Assembly: GCF_001194135.2 (NCBI RefSeq) | Contig: NC_068997.1 | Span: forward strand, 34,367,840-34,404,852 | DNA length: 37,013 nt | From: Octopus bimaculoides | Taxonomy: Eukaryota | Direction of reading: 5' to 3' | In this document: piece after piece, positions 10,620 to 21,473 of the stretch | How positions within the stretch are numbered: position 1 is the stretch's first letter | Layout of the letters: each line of letters starts with the position of its first letter | Position numbers and translations under genes: made by a program | Notes under the pieces: generated by a model | What the model saw: only the letters and a program-made list of their open reading frames with translations | Told to the model about the DNA's origin: nothing | The model's database searches: none

Positions 10620-13535
10620 TAATGTCAACGTCTAATCTCGTCATGCCTCAATAATCACAAAGCAAAATACACACCGAATTGGCCGTCGCCCGTATCAACA
10701 AGGGCCGCGCACCTTAGTGAGGAACCAGATTGGAAGCGAAAAATCAGCTACTGGTTCAAAACTTCCCGAAACACAAGACCTGGAAGTACCTCACAACAGG
10801 AATATTCCAGCCGATGCCCAACACGCTCGTCATCAAATAACCAAAAGAAAAAATGAAAAAAGGTTCAAGAGGAGATAACAAAGAAATTCTTAAGGCCCTC
10901 TATCGTGCCATGTATTTCCCCACAAATAAATCTAATACTGAACAAACTTGCCTAAACTTGAGAGAGAAGTACCCTGAAGTAAGATCCTACATAGATAGTA
11001 AGAAGCTTGCCAACGTCGGAAGAAACATTATGAAAAAGAAATCACTAACTGAATTAGAGATTAACCAAATTAAACAATTAGTAAGGGATAAAAAGAACAA
11101 AGTTGTAGCTAAAGAAGATACTACTGAGGGAATAATTACAGACCAACCCAGATCTGATGAAAATGCAATAGTGACAGAAAGAGTCAATGTAACTGATAAG
11201 CCAAGTGAAATACCTCACATGAACCAACCATGAACACCAAGGCAGATGAAAATCAAATAGATGAAGAATGCCACACAGAAATTGACCCAACTGTACTAGA
11301 TGATCTAAAAAATCAAATTATGATTGAATGGCTGAAAATGAATGAAACCAATATATATGAGCGTGATACTGTCCCAAAAATTCGCAACTCTAAACAAAAC
11401 CTGAAATTAATTGGTAAAATCTGCCTTGCACTTAAGGATATAATTTCAGCTAATGATGTTGATATTACAGATCTCAACCACCTGTATTATGCATCCGCGA
11501 ATATCTCAACGATTCTATGTAGTGAAAAGATTAGGAAACGACAACATTCCCGCAAAAAATCCTACTTGGCAAGAACGTATTCAACACCAAATTCAGCTAC
11601 TTATGTCTGACATAGAATGTTTAAAAAAACCTTAATTTTGACAAGCCTGTCAAACCAACAAAAATCCGGAAATTAAAGAAAAGACATAATATGAAAACCA
11701 TACTTGACATCGATATCACTACAGAGAATATCAAGCAAATGGTATGTGTTAAAGCTGCCCGCATAACACGGGACAACATGTTCAAAAATAACCCCCAAAA
11801 TTTTACAGCAAGATAGGGAAAATAGCATTTACAGTAAAATCTGTCCCATCAAAAGAAGAAATGCTGGATATTGGAATAAAATTTGGGCAGAAGAAAACAC
11901 GCACAATAAAAATGCCTCTTGGGCTGATAGAATATCTACTAACTTAGAAGAGCAAAAGTGGGAGGGTATCAAGGTAGATGTAAGATCTGCTCTCAGGAAG
12001 TCAAAACTTTACAACAATGTTTTGCAACAACATCGTACGATTCATTCATGGTTTGTTAACGGTGTTACATTTTTACTTCCAAAAAATGAAGAAACAAATT
12101 AACCAATAAATTATAGACCCATAACCTACTTAACAACAATGTATAAAATACTAACATCTGTCTTGACTGAGTACACCTATAGTTTCTTAATGGAAAGTGG
12201 CATCTTCCCAAATGAGCAAAAAGGTTGTAAACGTAGGTCCTATTGTTGTAAAGATCAGCTACTCATCAATGAGATGATCTTAGAAGATTGTCACAAACAC
12301 AAGAACTTGTCGATAGCCTGGATAGACTATAGAAAAGCTTTTGATAGTCTACCACATAGCTGGGTTAAGAAATGTCTGGAAATTTATAAAATAGCGCCTA
12401 CTCAGCGAAACGTCAAGTCTGTAGGTATGAAATCATGGAGAACTACTCTGACAATGAATCTCTCAATGCTGGAGATGTAAGAATTTCATGTGGCATTTTC
12501 CAGGGTGACTCTGTCACCACTACTCTTTTGTCTAGCTTTAATAACTCTCTCGAAATTGGTCGATGATGCACAATATCGCTAAAAAATGTTTGATAAAAAC
12601 ATCTACAGGGTTTACTAGCAATTGTTAAAAAATTCAGTGATGACATCAAGATGCAAATAGGCTTCGGTAAATGTGCAGAAGCTATCTTTATCAAAGGAAA
12701 AGTGATAGAAACATCCAACGTTAATCTGACCTACAGAATAACATAAAGGAGTGGAGAGCTACAAATACTTAGGGGTATTTGAAGGTGATGGAATCAGACA
12801 TTCAACATGATGAGGGAAAGGATCAGAAAAGAATGTTATCACAGGATAAGGGCAATACTCAAAACAGATCTGAAGGCAAGAAACAAGATCGAAGCGATCA
12901 ATACTTTAGCTATACAAGCCGTGACTTACAGTTTCAATATTATTAACTGGACAATTACTGAAATATGTAATCTTGACAGAAAAATACGAAAAATGTTGAC
13001 AAAGCATAGAATGCACCACCCTAAGGCAGATAGAGAACTTTACCTGCCAAGAAAAGAGGGTGGCCGTGGACTTTTACAACTGGAATTGACAATGAAGATT
13101 GCCACAATTGGCCTAAACTCCTGCCTGAGATGTTTTAAAACACAAAAACAAGAAAGCATCATATTCAGTAACAAAACAGGCAAAGAAATATCTAAATGAA
13201 TTCCAAATACAACAAATCCCAGTATTAGACGTATTGGAAACAAACACAGAAAAAGCTAAGCGTATGTAAACTCGTGCTAAAACTGTTGCTTTAGATATTC
13301 TTACTGATAAATGGCAAGAACAACCTCCCAATGGCAAATACACAAAGAGAGCTAATAATGCCGATGTTGATAAATCTCTTACTCATCAATGGTTAGTGTC
13401 TTCTGGCTTAAAATGAGAGACAGAAGGGTTTATCATAGCAGCCCAAGATCAATGTATGTAAACCAGCGATCATGTTGTCTCTATGTGCAGTCTTCTTGCG
13501 CCTACAGAGTATCTCAACAGGCAATGATAGAGCAG
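10620..13535 (+). mobile_element. Near-full-length decayed R4/Dong-like RLE LINE (family A), 3' end replaced by a SINE
   Basis: N-terminal DNKEILKALYRAMY, RT motifs NYRPITYLTTMYKIL, EQKGCKR, WIDYRKAFDSLPHSW, GIFQGDS, then LYLPRKEGGRGL, ETEGFIIAAQDQ and DHVVSMCSLLAPTEYLNR(H)DRA. Many stops and frameshifts. The 5' boundary is approximate. Confidence 0.9.
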
Positions 13536-13795
13536 CGTGGCACCTTGGGAAAGTGTCTTCTACTATAGCCTCGGGTCGACCAAAGCCTTGTGAGTGGATT
13601 TGGTAGACGAAAACTGAAAGAAGCCCGTCGTATATGTGTATATATATATGTGTGTGTATGTGTTTGTGTGTCTGTGTTTGTCTCCCTAGCATTGCTTCAC
13701 AAACGATGCTGGTGTGTTTACGTCCCTGTAACTTAGCGGTTCGGCAAAAAGAGACCGATAGAATAAATACTAGGCTTACAAAGAATAAGTCCTGG
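13535..13795 (+). mobile_element. CORE-type tRNA SINE (family B), 5'-truncated, with internal (AT)/(GT) tract, running into a gap
   Basis: GTGGCACCTTGGGAAAGTGTCTT resembles the CORE domain. Aligns with the full copy at 34386-34940. Confidence 0.85.
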
Positions 13796-14165
13796 NNNNN
13801 NNNNNNNNNNNNNNNNNNNNNNNNNNNNNNNNNNNNNNNNNNNNNNNNNNNNNNNNNNNNNNNNNNNNNNNNNNNNNNNNNNNNNNNNNNNNNNNNNNNN
13901 NNNNNNNNNNNNNNNNNNNNNNNNNNNNNNNNNNNNNNNNNNNNNNNNNNNNNNNNNNNNNNNNNNNNNNNNNNNNNNNNNNNNNNNNNNNNNNNNNNNN
14001 NNNNNNNNNNNNNNNNNNNNNNNNNNNNNNNNNNNNNNNNNNNNNNNNNNNNNNNNNNNNNNNNNNNNNNNNNNNNNNNNNNNNNNNNNNNNNNNNNNNN
14101 NNNNNNNNNNNNNNNNNNNNNNNNNNNNNNNNNNNNNNNNNNNNNNNNNNNNNNNNNNNNNNNNN

Positions 14166-14204
<39 letters not shown>

Positions 14205-15142
14205 CATACATACCTGTTTGTGGGAATAAGTAGAGAATTCTATAGAGGAAATGACACACACAGGAAGGGAAGAGAAGAAAGAAAGCGAAGGTGAGAGAAA
14301 GTGGTCGAGCAGGTGAAAAGATATGTATGATAAAAAAATATGTAAAATTGAAGAAAGAAACGTTGTAGATATAAACCATATGAGCGATAAAAATGGTGAT
14401 AAGCTCCCAAAGAAAGATTGCGAGAGTTGGTGAGAGCAATAATCACATCTATGGCATACACGTCACCAAAAATACTTACACCCACACACACTTACATACA
14501 CACTACCACAAAATGGTCATGCGAGTAAAACAGAAAAATGTGACACAATGGTCCGAATAGGTTTTCCCTGATACTAATCACTCGATGTCTTTATCTTAAT
14601 ATTTTACAATGTAAAAGGTGACACTTGTCGAAATTTAATTGCTTTGTTTTTCTTTCCAGTTAAATTGTACACTCACATCTGTACTCTATGACCATTTAAA
14701 AAATCGTTTTGTATTTATTTAGAATACGAAGATGACTATTGCCTTTGTTTTATTATTGTCAATTCATATTTTTTGGCGGTACACTCCATTGAATCTAATC
14801 CAGTTATGCCCCTCATCTCATCGGGGTCGATATATAAGGTATCGACCCTGCGTGATGGATTCAAGGAATGTTAGGGTGTCGCAAGCGATTCCACGCGTTA
14901 CTTCTCCCAGCACTGTGCTGTCGATTTTAAATCTCACCACCGTTCCATGACATAAACAATGACAATTTTGGAAGACCTAAAGCATATGTTTCTGCTCATC
15001 GCTCTCAGTGACAGCTCACCAGCTGGCATGTGAGGATGAAAATCGACTTTCATCTATATCACTTGTCACTAAGTGCTGTGCACTCCACAACGACATGTAT
15101 GTATGTATGTATGTATGTATGTATGTATGTATGTATGTATGT

Positions 15143-15901
15143 CATTGTTCAGCTTTTTTTCAAGATTTCTTGCCAATACAGAAAAAATCGGTTTCTAACC
15201 TAGATCCTAGGCTCTTTCATTGGAATTTCAATACCAACAACAGGGTACTTTTGTATGTATGTATGTATGCATGTATGTATGTATGCATGTATGTATATAT
15301 GTATGTACGTATGTACGTATGTATATGTGTGCACATTTGCATGCTTTATGTATGTATTCTCATGCATATAGTTGCATTTCTGGACATGTTCATACATATT
15401 TAAATGATAAACTTCTGGAAAGTTTTACAGATTTTTACTGTCCCAGTGATGGATTGGATCAGTAGTCTTCGAATTAGCTTTCTCGTTTCTGGTTTTGAGA
15501 AGCTTAATTTCACAAGATTGATATTCAGGCAGTGTGTTACATATCCCAGGGCCCCAATAATTACAGGTATAAACCTGAACTTGTAGTCTGGATAGAGTAA
15601 CTCCAGATTTCTCAACAGTTCAGCATAGGTGTTCTCTTTTTCACTGATCTTCAGCTTTATGCTAACAGCCGCTGGGAAGCTAATTTCCACAGCTGTGCAG
15701 TTTCTCATCCATATCCGAAATCATTATATCTGTTGTGCTTACATTTTATTGAGGTCTTCACTGATATATTCCACCAGTATTCCTTTTTATTATGAGTGGC
15801 TATGGCTTCTACCATATTGTGGGTTCTTATTTCCTTGTCCTCGGGATTATCCTTTCGACGGATTTCAATATAGATTGTCCAAGCTACATTATGTCTCATT
15901 A
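15143..15901 (-). mobile_element. 5'-truncated RLE non-LTR retrotransposon of a distinct family, embedded in (CATA)n
   Basis: Minus strand MRHNVAWTIYIEIRRKD...EYWWNISVKTSIKCKHNR / DIMI...AVEISFP...KENTYAELL...FIPVIIGALG...KTFQKFII*, then a 3' UTR. (TATG)n tracts abut both ends (15095-15142, 15902-15934). Confidence 0.85.
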
Positions 15902-15969
15902 GTATGTATGTATGTATGTATGTATGTATGTATGCATACACAAACACATATAATGATAATTGATTAAGT

Positions 15970-16146
15970 AACCAGAAAATGGATTTGGTATTAATCTTTA
16001 TTTTGTACGACGATCGTTTCTATCCATCCTGACACTGTCCCTTATGGGTGGCACTCTGTTCAACATGTTGTGTTGCATCCATTTTGCAGTCTGGGTTCCA
16101 TCAGGTACATCCAAATATAAAGTGATGTGTCGTTAAACGTCTTGAG
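15970..16146 (-). ncRNA. ~175-bp dispersed repeat, copy 1, with type I hammerhead ribozyme architecture (partly decayed)
   Basis: Minus strand CTTTAT..TGTAC-CTGATGG-AACCC-[~65 nt]-GAAAC-GATC-GTC-GTACA..ATAAAG. Homologous to 27158-27330. Confidence 0.7.
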
Positions 16147-16157
16147 TTTAGGCATAC

Positions 16158-16202
<45 letters not shown>

Positions 16203-16269
16203 AACAATATATGAGTATATGCATATATATGTACATGTATGTATATACGTTCATCTACATGTACATATA

Positions 16270-16505
16270 GATACATAACTGGGTACATGACGTGGCAAAA
16301 GAACAAGGACAAAATGGTAAACAAGGTGCAACAAACAAGCAGGCCACATAGAAACATCCCTTCCTCAGCTGCCACCATTAAGACTCCGGCGTTTCGAAGA
16401 ATTAAAGCAGTACGCATCGTTAAAATGGTTCTTCCCACGAACACAAATTAAATTGTTTTCGTGGAGGGTAGTGGCGGACGGAAAACAAGACAGGAAAACG
16501 AAACG
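16270..16505 (-). mobile_element. Putative Penelope-like terminal repeat remnant
   Basis: CGAAAC-GCCGGA-GTC and CTGAGGAAGGG motifs, then a T-rich tail ending CATGTAC. Same layout as 28800-29065, which lies downstream of a GIY-YIG remnant. Confidence 0.4.
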
Positions 16506-16715
16506 GTACGTATACATGTATATACTACTTTGGGAAGAAGAGGGATGCAGTAACTTCGCAGTTCCGACCTGCGGATCGAAACTTCTCTTTGTGACTCCTT
16601 TTCTTGTAAAAATATGATAAATACTTCTACGATAAAAGGTATAGAATAAATCTTATCTTCCGTTTAATGCTAAGATCTTTTTATTATAACTTGATAGGAG
16701 CACACATACGCACAC

Positions 16716-16854
16716 ACATATACATATGAGTATGTATAAATGCATGTATGTATATATGCATGCATGTATGTATGCATGCATACATGCATGTATGTATGTA
16801 TGTATGTATATATGTATGTATGTGTATACACACACACACACACACACGCACACA

Positions 16855-16908
<54 letters not shown>
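16716..16908. repeat. (ATGT)n-(CA)n-(AT)n compound microsatellite
   Basis: Directly visible. Confidence 0.95.
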
Positions 16909-16959
16909 NNNNNNNNNNTTGCAGGTCCTGTGCCAAAATGTGAAACTAATATATATATA

Positions 16960-17315
16960 TATGGTGGTGGTTGTCTACTCCTTACACGAAGTTTGACCAC
17001 CTCCTGCACCTACACCTTAGCCCTTTCATGGCGTCTGATGTGGTTTTTTAAACCAGACAGTGTTTTGAAAATATACCCACACAGATTGCACCTCTGATTT
17101 GTACTACCAATACCTGCAGGTAAGTTCTGCTCATTATGGATCCTAACATGTCTTTTAAGACCCCCATTGGATTTGCAAACCCTNNNNNNNNNNTTTAAGA
17201 CCCCCATTGGATTTGCAAACCCTCTGGCACACACCACATTCAAACGTGTGCACAGACATATGATCAGAATAGCTGGTTGAAGTTTGTTTTCCATGGGTTC
17301 GCATGGATAGAAGAG
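16960..17315 (-). mobile_element. LINE 3' end (probably RTE-type) encoding C-terminal C2H2 zinc fingers
   Basis: Removing the 30-bp gap-flank duplication gives SMRTH...FECGVCQRVCKSNGGLKRHVRIH...RCNLCGYIFKTLSGLKNHIRRHERAKV*, then a short UTR ending in microsatellite. No TGEKP linkers. Confidence 0.6.
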
Positions 17316-17659
17316 GCTTTAGTACATATCACTATAATTGTTTCAACCCATTAATATCAGTTATTCATTGCTGGATGTTACAGATATTATACACAACATT
17401 GCATTCATTTCTCTGAAGAATAGCTTTCTATGCGCATCTTCAGGTTATTAGAGTCAAAATATATAATGAATCCTGTTCAATGTATCTTGTATTAATATTT
17501 TTATATGTACTGTACGGATATTTGTAGAATTCCACATGAATACACAACGACGGAAGAAGACCCATTGTCTGATAGAATTTGGTAGCTGGTACACGAAAAG
17601 GTGCTTTGGAAACTATACTATAAGGTTTTTACCCAGATTATATAAATATAAAGTTATTC

Positions 17660-17830
17660 CAGGATGGTATTTCCTTGGGCAAGTCCTGTGCATGTGAACC
17701 TTTCATGCACTCTTTATACGACCTGGGAAGACCTGTACCCACCCCTTCCACCCTTAGATTACTGGAATTTCGGTTACCATGACTACACGTAGGATAAGAA
17801 CTGGAGTGGTTTCCTGTTGCCTTCTCCAGG
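17660..17830 (+). mobile_element. Degenerate CORE-SINE-like fragment
   Basis: CCTTGGGCAAGTC (CORE-like) and GGAGTGGTTTCCTGTTGCCTTCTCC (resembles an RTE-type 3' tail motif). Confidence 0.35.
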
Positions 17831-18399
17831 CAGGTAGAATTTGACCTAAGAATGTAGATAGCCGAAAGATATACAGTAAAGCAAGGTTATTACCAGTTCA
17901 AACATGCTTGGAGCATATTCGAACCCCTAAGAAAGCCATGGTTATAACCTTGTAATTATACACATAACTGATTAGTGCCGCCGCTTCGAAATTTGTTTAC
18001 AGTGAGCTGCCGATTGGTGATATCAGTCATTGTTTGATGACGGGAATATCATAAGAGAGACCATCTCTCTTGTCAGCTCTCAGCGCCTCCGCCCGATTTC
18101 TGTTACTGAAGAGGCGATAACCACTTCGAAATGCTTGCATCTCGCAGTCTGGATAGATGACACTGTGGGTTGATTCTAGGTGTATTTACACCATTTATCT
18201 ACAACGAGAAATTTTCTCCATGAAAAAACATAGTGAATGCCTTGCTTATGGATTCGAATATGCCCCATGCATATTTGGACTGATAATAACTTTGTATTTA
18301 TAAACATCACTGCTTAGCGTTGCCATTTCGTAATATAGTAAAGCATTTCTGCAAACGCACCAACAATTCCGCCAATCTCCCAATCTCCCACATGGGGAG

Positions 18400-18512
18400 C
18401 AGTGTGAAATGATTTTTTTTCCTCAAGAAAACAATATACTTGCCGGTTCGGGAATCGAACAACGATCTAGCGACCGTAAATGCACCACCCTAAGAACTAG
18501 ACTACGAACATT
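18400..18512 (-). mobile_element. Degenerate tRNA-derived SINE head
   Basis: Minus strand GTAGTCTAGTTCTTAGG (A-box-like) ... GTTCGATTCCCG (B-box). Confidence 0.45.
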
Positions 18513-18667
18513 CATCAGTTAGTAGGTCGCATTCCTATCGAATTGGATGCACTGCATGAACTCTTACCAGAACGGTGTCACCGTATATTGGAATATCCTT
18601 TAAGGTAAGCGACTTTATTTTTTGTGCTGCATAATAGGACAATCATTGATGGAGAAGTACAAGACAT

Positions 18668-18995
18668 CATACATGCACACACGCACATATATGCGTGTGT
18701 ACACATACATGCATACATACATACATAATACATACATACATGCATACATACATACATACATACATATATAAATATATACACGTGTATACATAATATATAT
18801 AATATATATATACATGTATATATACAGATAGATACAGACACGCACATATATATGTATGTAGATATACATGCATTTCTATGCATTTACACAGATATATTAC
18901 TTTGTCCAATTAGTGTATTGAACACAGGGAAAAGAAAACAGTGAGGTCTCTGTAATTCTCTATTGATGGCTGTTCTATTATGCAGCACAAAAGCA

Positions 18996-19063
<68 letters not shown>
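18668..19063. repeat. (ATAC)n/(AT)n tract and (CA)n tract before a gap
   Basis: Directly visible (with about 120 bp of unique sequence between the tracts). Confidence 0.9.
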
Positions 19064-20024
19064 NNNNNNNNNNNNNNNNNNNNNNNNNNNNNNNNNNNNN
19101 NNNNNNNNNNNNNNNNNNNNNNNNNNNNNNNNNNNNNNNNNNNNNNNNNNNNNNNNNNNNNNNNNNNNNNNNNNNNNNNNNNNNNNNNNNNNNNNNNNNN
19201 NNNNNNNNNNNNNNNNNNNNNNNNNNNNNNNNNNNNNNNNNNNNNNNNNNNNNNNNNNNNNNNNNNNNNNNNNNNNNNNNNNNNNNNNNNNNNNNNNNNN
19301 NNNNNNNNNNNNNNNNNNNNNNNNNNNNNNNNNNNNNNNNNNNNNNNNNNNNNNNNNNNNNNNNNNNNNNNNNNNNNNNNNNNNNNNNNNNNNNNNNNNN
19401 NNNNNNNNNNNNNNNNNNNNNNNNNNNNNNNNNNNNNNNNNNNNNNNNNNNNNNNNNNNNNNNNNNNNNNNNNNNNNNNNNNNNNNNNNNNNNNNNNNNN
19501 NNNNNNNNNNNNNNNNNNNNNNNNNNNNNNNNNNNNNNNNNNNNNNNNNNNNNNNNNNNNNNNNNNNNNNNNNNNNNNNNNNNNNNNNNNNNNNNNNNNN
19601 NNNNNNNNNNNNNNNNNNNNNNNNNNNNNNNNNNNNNNNNNNNNNNNNNNNNNNNNNNNNNNNNNNNNNNNNNNNNNNNNNNNNNNNNNNNATATATATA
19701 TACATATGTAATTGCTATTATGTTGTTGGTGTTATTTATAACAGAGGCGCAAGGCCTGGAATTTAGAGGAGAGGAACAGGCGAAGGTAGCAAAACATACA
19801 TCAAAGAGATTGTTGAAAGAAAAAGTTAGGAAAAGGCTGACCCGTACGTCAACTTACGGCGGAAATTGGTTGTGGTGCACACTGAGGGTGAAAAAGCTGA
19901 AATAAATTCATAACAAACCGGTGCAGATGTGTTCATTTACAGCTTTACCATTTTTATATGCAGCCAGTGAGTGAGAGTATCTGAGGAGTGATTATGCATG
20001 CATTTTGACTCTCCTTCTCTGTAG

Positions 20025-20142
20025 GGGTCATCAACTTTCACTGAAGCCTTTACTGGATGTTGCTGCCGTTCAAACAAAGGTTCATGGTCAGGAGCGTGGG
20101 AGGATAGATAATTCCGATGAAATGGCAATTTCACTGATACAA
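20025..20142 (+). other. Candidate internal exon (118 nt) of an unidentified gene
   Basis: Acceptor TTTTGACTCTCCTTCTCTGTAG and donor CAA|GTAAGA. One open frame, GHQLSLKPLLDVAAVQTKVHGQERGRIDNSDEMAISLIQ. No recognisable homology. Confidence 0.35.
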
Positions 20143-20420
20143 GTAAGACTATCTTTGTTCATTTGTTTATCTGCCTTTCTCCTTTTGTCTTTTATAATTT
20201 AGAAGCTTTTAACATACACATGTGTGAATGCATTTTGAGTATACAAATATATATGTATTTATTCACAAAACCATTTGTGTGTATTTGTTGTGCGTAAGAA
20301 CTGTTAATCTAATTTTAAATGTGATTGCATACTCAGTTATAATTTTATCCGTATGTACTTGTGAATTTTCAACTAGATATGCACCTTAAGGTCATTCTAT
20401 ATAATATAATTGTCTTCGCG

Positions 20421-20486
<66 letters not shown>

Positions 20487-20600
20487 ATGTCTGTCTGTCT
20501 GTCTCTCTCTCTGTTTGTTGTCTGTCTCTCTGTCTATCCATCTATCCGTTTGTCTGTCTGTCTGTCTATCGATCCATCTATCAATGTATTTATCTGTCTG
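20421..20600. repeat. (ATCT)n-(GTCT)n microsatellite
   Basis: Directly visible. Confidence 0.95.
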
Positions 20601-20921
20601 TGTCTCTGTGATTCTTTACACCCTCAATAACTATAATATCACGCTTTCTTCAAATCATATGCATGACTGTGTTTACGGTTGATCGGAATACAAGCGAGAT
20701 CCAATACACTTTGTATTAAGCAAATTGCTATTAGTAAGTTGAATAGCAACGGTGAAAGAGCTGATTTAATTCATTTTATCTATGGCTTAAATTAATAGAT
20801 TTGCTATTTTCTTTTTTCTGTTTCAAAATCTTAAAATCGCCATATATTATCTTAGGTTAAATCATTATTTCTCATAAATAAAATCTGTTGAAAATATTAC
20901 ATTATCTATTCTTTGTTGTAG

Positions 20922-20965
20922 TTACCATAAAGCTAACTATGAATCAATTCGAAATTTTTGGTCAG
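20922..20965 (+). other. Candidate small exon (44 nt)
   Basis: Acceptor TCTATTCTTTGTTGTAG and donor CAG|GTAAGG. Open in two frames (YHKANYESIRNFWS or TIKLTMNQFEIFGQ). Confidence 0.35.
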
Positions 20966-21473
20966 GTAAGGAAAATTTTATTGAGTACAGTTCCTACTCA
21001 AATATTTTATCATGAAGAAAAACTTTAGCACAATTAACAGGCTTCAGTTAATAGAGTCACACTTTCATAGTTACAGAAACAATTCTGAATTACTAAAATG
21101 ACATTGTGTATTTACCTTCAACGATAATCGTATGTCAGTTTACTCCTGACATGATTTTGCAATGAAGTGTATAAGTGTTGGATGGAGGCAACTCCAGAAA
21201 TCAAATGATTTACTTAGAAATTACAATTTTATTTTATTTACAATGCTTTGTATGTGTAAGGGAGAGAGTCTTTTTCCCGTGAAGCTGTTATGATATAATT
21301 GAAATTAAAGAACAAATACTTTCCTTTTTATTTATTTTCTTTCCCAAGAAATTATTTCTGTTAAGAAACTAATAATCATTGTTTATACACGTCCATTTTT
21401 CTCTAAGAGATCTTTCTTTTTGTCAAATGTTATTTTTCTACTTCAAGTAAATTTATTTGTATTTTGTACCGAT

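Noticed and set aside
17154-17223. Exact 30-bp direct repeat flanking a 10-N gap
   Set aside because: Unmerged contig overlap. Removing one copy restores a continuous zinc-finger frame.
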